From assembly GCA_043228905.1 (NCBI GenBank), contig JBHGNT010000034.1:226292-290291 (forward strand): a stretch of DNA of 64,000 bases, in the 5' to 3' direction. Each line of letters begins with the position of its first letter. Position 1 is the stretch's first letter. Position numbers and translations under genes: made by a program. Below, in pieces: positions 12,174-22,751 of this stretch. A model generated the notes under the pieces. That model was not told the DNA's origin and ran no database searches. It saw only the letters and a program-made list of their open reading frames with translations. This DNA is from Azolla caroliniana (taxonomy: Eukaryota; Plantae; Polypodiophyta).

Positions 12174-14155
12174 ATGTCTGTTAGCCTCACTTGCTCTCAA
12201 GGTCTTCTTGACATCGAGCTTTTCACAGAAGACGCTCCCAGGTACTACATCTACTTCTCTCCCCCTCCCTCTCAGGTTTGTCCTTCAAAATGTCAGAGCT
12301 TTCTAAATCCATGCATGAAAATGGTCTTATTAATGGAGTCCAACTTGAAACATGAAGGGACAAAGTCCCGCACATAGCGTTAAAGCATTCATTTTGTATG
12401 AAAACTTGAAATCCAAAGATCACAATGATTCTGGTATTCTTCAGATTTCAGTGTCTACAGAGACAACGACATTACATGCAAAGAATTAGAGGATCTCAAC
12501 ATAAACTAGCTGTGCATCCACACAAGCATTCATTTTGTATGAAAACTTGAAATCTGAAGATCACAACGATCCTGGGAATCTTCAGATTTCAGTGGCTACA
12601 GAGACAATGACATTCCATTTAACGAAGTAGAGGATCCCGACATAAACTAGATGTGCATCCACACAATGATGGCGCATTTCTAATGACAATCTCTTCATCC
12701 TGACAAATTTTCCTCTCTATTTTTTTGTAGAACTTGCAGAAACTTTATCGAGCTTTGTAAATCTGGCTATTATGATGGCATAACCTTCCATGTAAGTGTT
12801 TACTGATGTTTCTTCCTTCTCATCAAATATTCTGTTTATCGAGATGTTATACATTCAGAAATTCTCAGATATCTGCAAGGATATGATTACAATGCAGTTG
12901 TCAATGCCTACAACCTGTACATTTTTCCAAATTTTAGGTTTAAATATTTATAAATGCAACATATCTGACAATAGAACTTTGCTCTAAACATTCTATACAT
13001 ACTCTGGTGTCTTCTCATAATGTAATATTATTTCATGCATATTGTTCACATGTATTGCGAATTATCATTTATAAGGATTATGCCTTTATGTGTATATGTG
13101 CATATGTGCATATGCATAAATATTTGTACTCATGCATGCAAAAAACAGACTTTGAAGCTTTTATGCATATACGTTTTGTAACACATGATCTGTTGATGCT
13201 TATAAATTCCCACATATTGTGCATTTGCAATTATGAGAATGCCTCTATCCAGATGCACATGCATCTATTTTGGTATTCATGAACAAATACTAGCTCTAAA
13301 GTTATGCACATGAACCTAATCATAGGCACTCATTCAGTATAACACTAATTTGTGGATTGGGGTTCTTGGAAAGTCAAAGATTAGGCAGAACCGTATGACA
13401 TTCTACCAAATTTCTATAAATGTGTGGTATTTTGCCAATATTTTCTTGCTGTCTTATTCATGAAGAAGAAGTTTGATCTTTTGGTAACATTACGCTTCTT
13501 TGAACACTGTACGATATACACCCAAAATATGACTTGTTTTGTTGTCATGCTAGCAGAGAATAGTTCCTGGTTTTATGTGCCAAAGTGGTGATCCAACAGG
13601 CACAGGGAAAGGTGGATTCTCCATTTATGGTCCAATTTTTGGGGATGAAATCTCTGCGAGACAGAGTCATGACAGGAAAGGAATCGTGTCTATGGCTAAT
13701 TCGGGAAGGAATACCAACTCTTCTCAGTTTTTCATAATATTCAATCCTGTAAGACTAGTTGGCATTGCGGCAATAATGTCTTTGTTTTGTTATAGACTAT
13801 AAGTATCATTTCATTTTTGTTTTTGTTTCAGAGCCCACATTTAGATGGAAAGCACACAATTTTTGGCAAAGTGAAGAGGCATTCACTTCATGTTCTAGAC
13901 AAAATGCAGCTTGTCACATTGAAGAAATTTCAGCCAGTCCAACCTGTGAAACTGTAAGTTCTCGAATTGAATAGAGAGGATTTAATTCAGTGTTTTTGTG
14001 CAGTTTCCTTTTCTGTATTTAATGATATGTGGATGTGCAGTTATGTTGCAGAGGTTATTGTTGATCCATGGGAAGGCCAACAACTCCCCTACGGTGCTTC
14101 AATCCCTGTAAAGCCCCTCATAACACCCACGACTTGTACATGTACAATTCAATAA
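12174..14155 (+). CDS. Single-domain cyclophilin (peptidyl-prolyl cis-trans isomerase, PPIL3/CYP18-1-like) with C-terminal extension ending in CaaX, ~185 aa, 5 exons
   Basis: GT-AG exons 12174-12241, 12731-12791, 13557-13748, 13832-13953, 14041-14155 (558 nt, in frame). MSVSL...[43 protein letters not shown]...[16 protein letters not shown]...[13 protein letters not shown]...TTCTCTIQ*. Confidence 0.92.
12383..12666. repeat. Diverged ~141-bp tandem duplication in cyclophilin intron 1
   Basis: AAGCATTCATTTTGTATGAAAACTTGAAATC at 12383 and 12524. Confidence 0.85.
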
Positions 14156-15954
14156 GTTTTTAGGACCTGGTACTCTTACATTGTTTATTCAGAGGCCAAA
14201 CACTGTCTTCTTCTATGTAAACTTTTAACATATATCATAATATGTTTGCTGACATATATTATGGCTTTCAACCCAATGTTGTGAGTTGTGACAATAGTTA
14301 TGACTTTGGTAATGGTGTCTGTGTAAAAATTTCCGTGAGAAACAGCTATCCTTGAATGCCGTTGCATTCATGATTGAAAGTCTCAATATTATTTCTAAAT
14401 TTATGTGGCTTTACAAACTCTCTTTCACAAAGTATTCAAAGTGATAGCTAGGCAAGATCCTCTTCACAGCTCACCTTACTACAAGAGGTGCATTTATAAG
14501 TCTCTGGAATTTAAGTAATACTAGCAGCAATTGAATGTACACCATATGTACCAATTATACGTCTTTTAATTGTAATCATTTTAATTCAGAATTATCCAGG
14601 GAATTCAGACCATTCAAAATAATTGATGCCCTCCTAATTGTACATGTTTTTATCTTCAACTAGATGGAAACAAATCTTGGCCAACAATCTTCTAGCAAGG
14701 TTGCCCTTTCCTCTAACTGCACTGTGAATTTTGCTTACCAAGCTTTATGGAAAAGCTCACTATTCACATCTTGAATAAAAGTATCATGCGTCTTATTCCT
14801 TTTTTATTATCTATTCCCATTGAATTTCTATGCTCAAAAAGCAATAAAATAAAAAGGTTAGAAATCATTGAGGTAAATTCACTTTGATACTATTTAAAAG
14901 GTATAAGTTGATTTAGGGTTTAGGGTTTGGTTTGAGTTTTTGATGTGCGACAATAAGATGATAGACGATAAACTTTGATGACGGTAAGAGAGAGTGGGAA
15001 GGTTTTGAACCAACAAGTGACTCAAACATATTGAGTTATTTATTAATGCATCAATACAAATCAAATTGAGACAGAGAATTTAAAAATCAAATGATAAATT
15101 TGCTAGTGTGTGTAATTCCAAACTAGTTTCGCTCTATCAAAGAGCCCTTTAATGGAGGATATTGATTTTGTGAATATAATTTTCAAGTTTTACATCTCTT
15201 ATATGGGCAGTCCTACAATTGATTACATTTCCTTTAAAAAATGTTTATAATACATTATTAGGTACCCCTTACAACTTTAAATTCTATTTTTTTAGACATT
15301 TAAAAAGGGTTAAGCATGTCCATTTTTGAGGATCATATATGTGATGTCTCGTATAATCAGACATGTTTTCCGTTTCTTGATTTAATATTAAATTTGTCAT
15401 TCATACATGCCACTTTCTTGGTTTGGCCATCTAATCATTCTTGACCATTGTTCTTTGATTAAAGTTGTCTTGAATTGGCGTGGGCAAAGCGAGAAAAGGC
15501 AACAAAGGTAGGTTTCATGATATCTCAAGAATCTTGACAAAGAAATGACTAGATGAAGGAGTGCTAGATAGACTAGTGATAGGTCAAATAGTTTGAGCTA
15601 GCTGTTGTTAATGCAAAGACTTAGGGTTCAACAATGATTGGGGTTTGTTGGAAGATGAAAACGAGGTTACAAAGGGCAAATATGGATAAATGGTCAAACA
15701 CACTAGTAATACTTTAGGTCAAAGCTAGGAGCCCATACATAAAGAAATATCTAATGACATTATCGATCCCAAGCACCCATGTGGAAAGGGAAGTGCATTG
15801 ACAGAGAAAATGAGTGGTACATTTCAGTCACAATATGAGATTCAAGGGTTATGTAATGTGATGTTTTACGATATTTGATGAGGAAGAGAGAAAACTACAA
15901 ATCAATGAGTGAGGGAAATTGAAGGGTATGAACATTTTAGTCACAATATGAGAT

Positions 15955-18600
15955 TAAAATGTTCATAGCTGCATCGTGTGATATCAGATTTTTGTGTTGA
16001 AACATGCGAATCCAAGCTAACAACGCTAGCTATAATATGGATTTGAAAAATTATGATTTTGAAACTTAGGTCGAGAGACATGAAGAAAAAAAGCAATTTT
16101 GAGGTGGGTGTAGACAAGAGCGCATAAGTAAATGAAAATGTTCATACCTGGCTCGTGTGATATCAGATTTTTGTGTTCAAACAAATGAATCAAAGCTAAC
16201 AATGCTAGCTATGACAAAGAATTGAAAAATCAAGATTTTCAAACTCAGGTCGAGAGACATGAAGAAAAAGCCAAAGTTGAGGAGGGCGTAGACAAGAGCG
16301 CGCGAGTAAATGAAAATGTTCATACCTAGCTCGTGTGATATCGGATTTTTGTGTTCAAACATGCGAATCGAAGCTACCAATGCTAGCTATGACAGAGAAT
16401 TGAAAAATCATGATTTTGAAACTCAGGTCGAGAGACATGAAGAAAAAAGCAAAGATGAGGAGGGCGTAGACAAGAGCGCGTGAGTAAATGAAAATGTTCA
16501 TAGCTACATCGTGTGATGTCAGATTTTTGTATTGAAACATGCAAATCCAAGCTAACAACGCTAGATATAATATGGATTTGAAAAATTATGATTTTGAAAG
16601 TCAAGTCGAGAGACATGAAGAAAAACCCAAAGTTGAGGAGGGCGTAGGCAAGAGCGTGTGACTACATGAAAATGTTCATACCTGGCTCGTGTGATATCGG
16701 ATTTTTGTGTTCAAACATACGAATCGAAGCTAATGACACACTCTATAATATGGAATTAAAAAATAATGATTTTGAAACTTAGGTCGAGAGACATGAAGGA
16801 AACATCAAAGTTGAGGACCGTGTAGACGAGCGTGTGAGTAAATGAAAATGTTCATAGCTGGGTCGTGTGGTATCAGATTTTTGTGTTCAAACATGTGAAT
16901 CGAAACTAATGACACGTTCATAGCTGGCTCGTCTGATATCGAATTTTTGTGTTCGAACCTGCGAATCGAAACTAATGACACTCTATAATATGGAATTAAA
17001 AAATAATGATTTTGAAACTCAGGTCGAAAGAAATGAAGAAAAAAGCAAAGTTGAGGAGGGCGTAGACAAGAACGTTTGAGTAAATGAAACTGTTCATACA
17101 TGGCTCGTGTGATATCCGATTTTTGTGTTCAAACATGCGAATCGAAGCTAATAACAGACTCTATAATATGGAATATAAAATTCATGATTTTGAAACTCAG
17201 GTTGAGAGACAGGAAGAAAAAAGCAAAGTTAAGGAGTGCGTAGAGAAGAGCGTGTGAGTAAATGAAAATGTTCATACCTGGTTTGTGTGATATCGGATTT
17301 TTGTGTTCAAACATGTGAATCGAAGCTAATGACACACTCTATAATATGGAATAGGAAAATAATGATTTTGAAACTCAGGTCGAGAGATAGGAAGAAAAAA
17401 GAAAAGTTGAGGAGGATGTAGACAAGAGCGTGTGAGTAAAGAAAAATGTTCATAATTGGCCTGTGTGATATTGGATTTTTGTTTTCAAACGTGCGGATGA
17501 AAGCTAAGGACACACTCTATAATATAGAATTAAAAATTAATGGTTTTGAAACTCAGGTGGAGAGACATGAACAGAAAAACAAAGTTGAGGAGGTCGTAGA
17601 CAAGAGCCTGTGAGTAAATGAAAATGTTCATAGCTGGCCTGTGTGATATCAGACTTTTGTGTTCAAATAAGCGAATCGAAGCTAATGACACACTCCATAA
17701 TATGGAATTAAAAAATAATGATTTGGAAACCCAAGTCGAGAGACATGAAGAAAAAAGCAAAGTTGAGGAGGGCGTAGACAAGAACGTTTGAGTAAATGAA
17801 AATGTTCATACCTGGCTCGTGTGATATCGGATTTTTGTGTTCAAACATGCGAATCGAAGCTAATAACACACTCTATAATATGAAATATAAAAATAATGAT
17901 TTTAAAACTTAGGTCGAGAGACATGAACCGAAAAGCAAAGTTGAGGAGGTTGTAGACAAGAGCGTGTGAGTAAATCAAAATGTTCATAGCTGGCCTGTGT
18001 GATATCAGATTTTTGTGGTCAAACAAGCGAATCGAAGCTAATGACACAGTCTATTATTTTCAATTAAAAAATAATGATTTTGAAACCCAAGTCGAAAGAA
18101 ATGAAGAAAGAAGCAAAGTTGAGGAGGGTGTAGACAAGAACGTTTGAGTAAATGAAAATGTTCATACCTGGCTCATGTTATATCGGATTTTTGTGTTCAA
18201 ACATGAGAATTGAAGCTAATAACACACTCTATGATATGGAATTAAAAAATAATGATTTTGAAACCCAAGTCGAGAGACATGAAGAAGAAAACAAAGTTGA
18301 AGAGGGCGTAGACAAGAACGTTTGAGTAAATGAAAATGTTCATACTTGGTTCGTGTGATATCGGATTTGTGTGTTCAAATATGTGAATCGAAGCTAATGA
18401 CAAACTCTATAATATGGAATAGGAAAATTATGAGTTTGAAACTCAGGTTGAGAGACAGGGAGAAAAAAGAAAAGTTGAGGAGGATGTAGACAAGAGCGTG
18501 TGAGTAAAGAAAAATGTTCATAATTTGCTCGTGTGATATCGGATTTTTGTTTTCAAATGTGCGGATCAAAGCTAATGACACACTCTATAATAAAGAATTA
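15955..18600 (+). repeat. 178-bp satellite, diverged left array, block 1 (putative pericentromeric)
   Basis: Monomer AAAATGTTCATACCTGGCTCGTGTGATATCGGATTTTTGTGTTCAAACATGCGAATCGAAGCT...GTGAGTAAATG with period 178. Confidence 0.95.
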
Positions 18601-18691
18601 TTGTCAACTGTTGGGTCGTTACAAGGAGTGCGAGCGACGTAGTAATAGGGTAGATAATCTAATAGGAAGAAAATATATTGTGAGTACCAAG

Positions 18692-18692
<1 letters not shown>

Positions 18693-18731
<39 letters not shown>
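18693..18731. repeat. (GA)n microsatellite in PLE 3' tail
   Basis: ~19 GA units. Confidence 0.9.
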
Positions 18732-18733
<2 letters not shown>

Positions 18734-18761
18734 CAAGAAAATATCATTAGAATGAAAAGAA

Positions 18762-18818
18762 AGACCTTATGCAGCAAACTAGTTTCGCTCAAGAATGAGC
18801 TCATTAGTCCAAAGGTCT
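18762..18818 (-). ncRNA. Degenerate type I hammerhead ribozyme of the PLE
   Basis: Minus strand reads AGACCTT-tgga-CTAATGA-GCTCA-ttct-TGAGC-GAAA-CTAG-TT-tgctgcat-AAGGTCT: core CUGAUGA (one G>A), 5-bp stem II, GAAA, palindromic stem III, distal 7-bp stem I. Confidence 0.75.
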
Positions 18819-19102
18819 ATTACAATATGGGTGTAGCTTTATATAAGGTGGGGGAGGTGGGAGAGGGAGAGGGAGAGAGGAGAAATAAGAGTTAGTGATG
18901 GGAGAGAGAAGAAGGGGGTAATGGTAGGTAGTTGAATGATACAAAGTAAGTGGTGGTGGGCTAAGAAGAGTGGAGGGTTATAAGTATGTGTATGCTAAGT
19001 AATAAGTGGGGGTGGGCTATGAAAAGTGGGAGATTATGGTAAGTAATAAGTGGGGGTGTGTTATGCATAAGTGGGGGGTTATAAGTAAGTAAATGTGTAG
19101 TG

Positions 19103-20660
19103 TTAAGTAAGAGATTTTGGGGATGACCTTTTATATTTAGTTTTGACCAAAAAAGAGTGAATGGAGTTGGATTTAGTCCAACACACAAAAGGTCTAGGTA
19201 TCTGAGATAGTTTGGGATCTAAGAGTAAATCCTCGTGGAGGTTTTTTAGCATGTCATGAATTCCTATCTTAGGGGTATCTTGTGTATATCTAAGTTTGAA
19301 GATAACGGGTAGAAGAGTACTTTTGGGTTTCCTACTATATATTAGTGATTTCCTAACCCTAAAGGGGACATTTTTATAATTCTCTTTTATGAAAGAAGGG
19401 GGATATCCTCTCGTAATTAGTCTAGTAAAAAATAGTTTTTTCATTCGACGGAAACCTAAAGGAGTGCTTTCTCTAATTAGGTATCGTTTTAGTTCATTAA
19501 TAATAAAATGTCTTTTTAAATGAAGGGGGTGTTCTGACGAGAACGGGAGATATTGGTAAGCATTTTGGGGCTTTTGGTAGCAATTAAAGAAGAATTTAGA
19601 GTTTTCTAGGTTAATCCATAAGTCTAGGAAGGGTAATCTAGAGGGGGAAGTGGTGATGGTAAGTTTGATACAATTATTAGTAGAGGTATTATAGAATTGA
19701 AGGTAATTTTCTAACTCGAGTTTAGTACCCGTCCATATTCCGAAAGCGTCATCTATATATCTAGTGAAAAAGCAAAGATTTGGGTGTGGTGGTTGCGAAT
19801 TCTCTAAGTGAGCTAAGAAAAGGCAAGCATATACTACAGAAAAATTACTACCCATGGTTGTACCCTTTACTTGTTAATAAATTACGTTGTCAAAAGAGAG
19901 AAAGTGATATTCTAATGTGAGTGCGCTAAGTGTATAAATAAGGTTAGTTTTAGAAGTTGAAAAATAGGGGGTAATGATTTTTCGTAAGGCTTCTAGACCT
20001 AGCTTAGGAGGGATGCTAGGATATAAGGATTCAACATCAAAGGTAAAGATAAAGCTATTAGGGGGTGGTTTAAGATGTTCTAGAGTTTGGATAAGGGAGT
20101 GTGAGTCTTTCAAATTCTTTAAGTAGGATAAGTGGTGGAGGTGGGGAAGCTGGGAGGATGTGTTTCAAACCTAGGTTGAGGAGTTGTGTCTCGTGTTTGG
20201 AGAGGGTATAATCAGAGTGATTGTGTATCCTACTACTAATTACAGGTTTCCTAAGGAGGGGAGTCCAAAATTTGGTTCGTGGTTTTTTAGTATTTGACTT
20301 TTTAGTGTGTGATTTAGTGTAAGGGGAGAAGGGGAAACGAGAGTTTGTTCTACCTAGCCACATGTAGGTATCACAAGTTAAGAGGGGCCTATCTAGTATG
20401 TAAAAGAGACGCTTACAAGGGTGCAAGGCGTGCTTAAAACGTTTACTAATTCGTTTAGCATGCCTCGCTACCTGTTTTTTGGTCTACATGTATATGACCG
20501 AGTTTTAGTTTGGGGGTGAGGGGGGGGGTTTGTAAGAGCTATGGGGGTTTGATTTATTATATGGGTGTGTGGTAGGGGCAAACGAGTTAGAATTAGGAAA
20601 AAGGGGAGGGGTATTATATGTAAATAGGGAGGGGTTATTTTTCAAATTATGTGAGAAAAA
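19103..20660 (-). pseudogene. PLE reverse transcriptase ORF (disrupted)
   Basis: Pieces 20070-20426 (N-terminal motif), 19874-20113 (motif A) and 19103-19855 (motifs B'-E, thumb). In-frame TAA/TAG stops, plus an apparent deletion/frameshift at ~20113 that removes the DKG/finger region. Confidence 0.85.
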
Positions 20661-22747
20661 GGGGGGGGTGCATGTGTGGAATTATTAAGAAAGGAGAGGG
20701 AGTGTGTAAAGATATTAGGGGGGGAGGGGGCTGTGTTAGAAATAGGGGGAGGGGTAAGACCAGAATTATACAAAGTGTTGGGGGGGAAATATGGATGGGG
20801 GTCATTACAAAAAGGGGGAAGGGGGTTAGGTTGGGGAATATTAGAAAGTAATGGAGGGGTATACGAGGAATTTGCAGAAAATGTGGGAGGGTTTTGAGAG
20901 TGAAAGGGGTGTGGGTGTAGTGGCCATGAATAAGGAAAGGGGGATGGGTTATACTGCCCTATTGTAGGAGGAGGGAAAGAAAATTGAGGGGCAAAGGAGG
21001 AGGGATGAGAGGCTTTGAGGGGCTCAGTATACAGAGGAGGGTTGGAGAGCAAGGGGGGAAGGTGAGAATGGGGGAGGTCGACGCCTCTATAGTCGACTGT
21101 ACGCGCCGAGTCGAGAACACCGCCGCCCGTCCTTAGCTTTAATCTATCGTGTTGTTGGTGGTTGTGTAGGGCCGACGAGAAACCAACAGGAGCGGCCGAT
21201 GAGTGGAAAGTATGGATCAAAGATGGGGGTACTCCGTGTGAGTTGTGTGGCCAAGCTAGCATATGGTGGTTGATGTCACCGCTGCCGCCGCCGTTGTTGC
21301 CGTAGCCGTAGCCGCCTCCACCACCAAAAAGTTGTGATGGTCGATGATGGAGATCCTGTGGTGGATGATGCGATGGACCTGTATAAGGGGAAACATATGT
21401 GGTGAAGTTGGAGTTCGGGAATGTTGGTGTTATCCTCGTGTTATGGTGGAGGTGGGCTGAGTTTGTGTTCGGGCCTATCGAAAGGCCATTGGGTCTATAG
21501 AATAATACTTTTGGGTTTCTATGATTGAGGTTGTTCGGATAAGGGTTCATGCTAACTTCATTATTATTTATGTTGCAGATGAATTGAGGATGGTTGTGGT
21601 GGTTGGATGATCCACGTTTAATTTGTGGTGGAGGAGGCTTCGGGTTTGTTGTTCGAGGCCAAGGGTTAGGGTTGGGGTCGGTTCTCAAGTTAGGGTTAGG
21701 GTTTGTTTTGAAATTAGTGTTAGGGTTAGGGTTTGTTTTGAAATTAGGGTTAGGGTTAGGGCCAGGGTTTATTCTCGAGTTAGGGTTAGGGTTAGGGTTT
21801 ATTCTAGAGTTAGGGTTGGGGTTAGGGTTTGTTCTCGAGTTAGGCTTAGGGTTTTTTTTCGAGTTAGGGTTAGGGTTTGTTCTCAAGTTAAGGTTATTGT
21901 GATGAGATGTAAACTGAAATTTGTCATATTGTGCTTTCTCAAAACTATCTACTACCTTTTCACTATCATCTTCAATATCATCTTCAGATTCCATATCTAG
22001 GTCTATCTCTCTAATATGGTGCTTGGTTGTGCTTTGAGTGTTGTCGTTTATTAATTGTGCTTTATCTCTTCTTTGCATTGCAGCCGTTCTAAAGGCTTCC
22101 TTATAAGTGAATGATAGAGCTATTGTATTACATTCTTTTAAAATATTAGTGGCTAATTCTTCTCTGAAATCTTCAAGTTGTTTGCTAAATGAGTTAGGGT
22201 TTGAATCGGGTTCTATTATGTCAAAACAAGCGGGGGCTTTTAGGAGATTAGCAAGCTTGAGTATATCTGTTCGCATGATTGTGGGAAAGTCATCTACAAT
22301 TTTAGTATAATAATGCACAAGGCTGTCTAAATGCTTAACATATGCGGTAGTGAGATCTTTACTATATTGTGTTGTAATGGAAGCAAACTCTAGCTGTAAA
22401 CTTTTATTAATATCTTCGTGTTTGATAACTAGTCTAGGGGGTTGGATTCTCAAGCCATGAGGGGCTATATTATGCGAATTTAGGTTTGACATATGAGTGT
22501 ATGTTCTTTTTGCTTTTTGTGCTTTTTGATAGAGGCTTTTAAACTCTGCTATTATTCTACACTTGTAATCTTCAATGTGTTGGGAAATTAGCGGTGATTC
22601 ATTGGAGATTACCTGGGTACTCGTAGTTTTTGGGGGGGTTGGAGAAGTCGAAATTATTGGAGCTCGTGGTCTTTTGGTTGGACGTTTGTTGGCGCTTCTA
22701 GGTTTTGTAGGAGTAGGTGTGGTGGAAGTAGCTGCCGCAAAAGTCAT
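20642..22747 (-). CDS. PLE ORF1 (~700 aa): basic S/T/P N-terminus, predicted helical/coiled-coil region, NP repeats, H/P/N-rich low-complexity tail
   Basis: Stop-free frame starting ATG (MTFAAATS...) 4 nt inside the element boundary. The ORF-track start at 22801 lies in satellite. Confidence 0.7.
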   Translation of the reverse strand: MTFAAATSTTPTPTKPRSANKRPTKRPRAPIISTSPTPPKTTSTQVISNESPLISQHIEDYKCRIIAEFKSLYQKAQKAKRTYTHMSNLNSHNIAPHGLRIQPPRLVIKHEDINKSLQLEFASITTQYSKDLTTAYVKHLDSLVHYYTKIVDDFPTIMRTDILKLANLLKAPACFDIIEPDSNPNSFSKQLEDFREELATNILKECNTIALSFTYKEAFRTAAMQRRDKAQLINDNTQSTTKHHIREIDLDMESEDDIEDDSEKVVDSFEKAQYDKFQFTSHHNNLNLRTNPNPNSKKNPKPNSRTNPNPNPNSRINPNPNPNSRINPGPNPNPNFKTNPNPNTNFKTNPNPNLRTDPNPNPWPRTTNPKPPPPQIKRGSSNHHNHPQFICNINNNEVSMNPYPNNLNHRNPKVLFYRPNGLSIGPNTNSAHLHHNTRITPTFPNSNFTTYVSPYTGPSHHPPQDLHHRPSQLFGGGGGYGYGNNGGGSGDINHHMLAWPHNSHGVPPSLIHTFHSSAAPVGFSSALHNHQQHDRLKLRTGGGVLDSARTVDYRGVDLPHSHLPPLLSNPPLYTEPLKASHPSSFAPQFSFPPPTIGQYNPSPFPYSWPLHPHPFHSQNPPTFSANSSYTPPLLSNIPQPNPLPPFCNDPHPYFPPNTLYNSGLTPPPISNTAPSPPNIFTHSLSFLNNSTHAPPPFSHII
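21662..21895 (+). repeat. Telomere-like (TTAGGG)n blocks inside PLE ORF1, organised as ~24-30-nt units
   Basis: GTTAGGGTTAGGGTTAGGGTTT repeated; on the coding strand (AACCCT)n encodes NPNPNP. Confidence 0.9.
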
Positions 22748-22751
22748 CAAC

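Larger units (their letters stand above)
18601..22751 (-). mobile_element. Penelope-like retroelement (PLE), no endonuclease visible, internally deleted, inserted in satellite without TSD
   Basis: PLE-type RT motifs TFDVESLYPSIP, GTTMGSNFS, RYIDD, LPFLDL, YQKP...YL..SSEHP; N-terminal HNHSDYTLS..E..LLNLGL motif; long upstream ORF1; hammerhead-like motif in the 3' region; satellite on both flanks. Confidence 0.88.
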
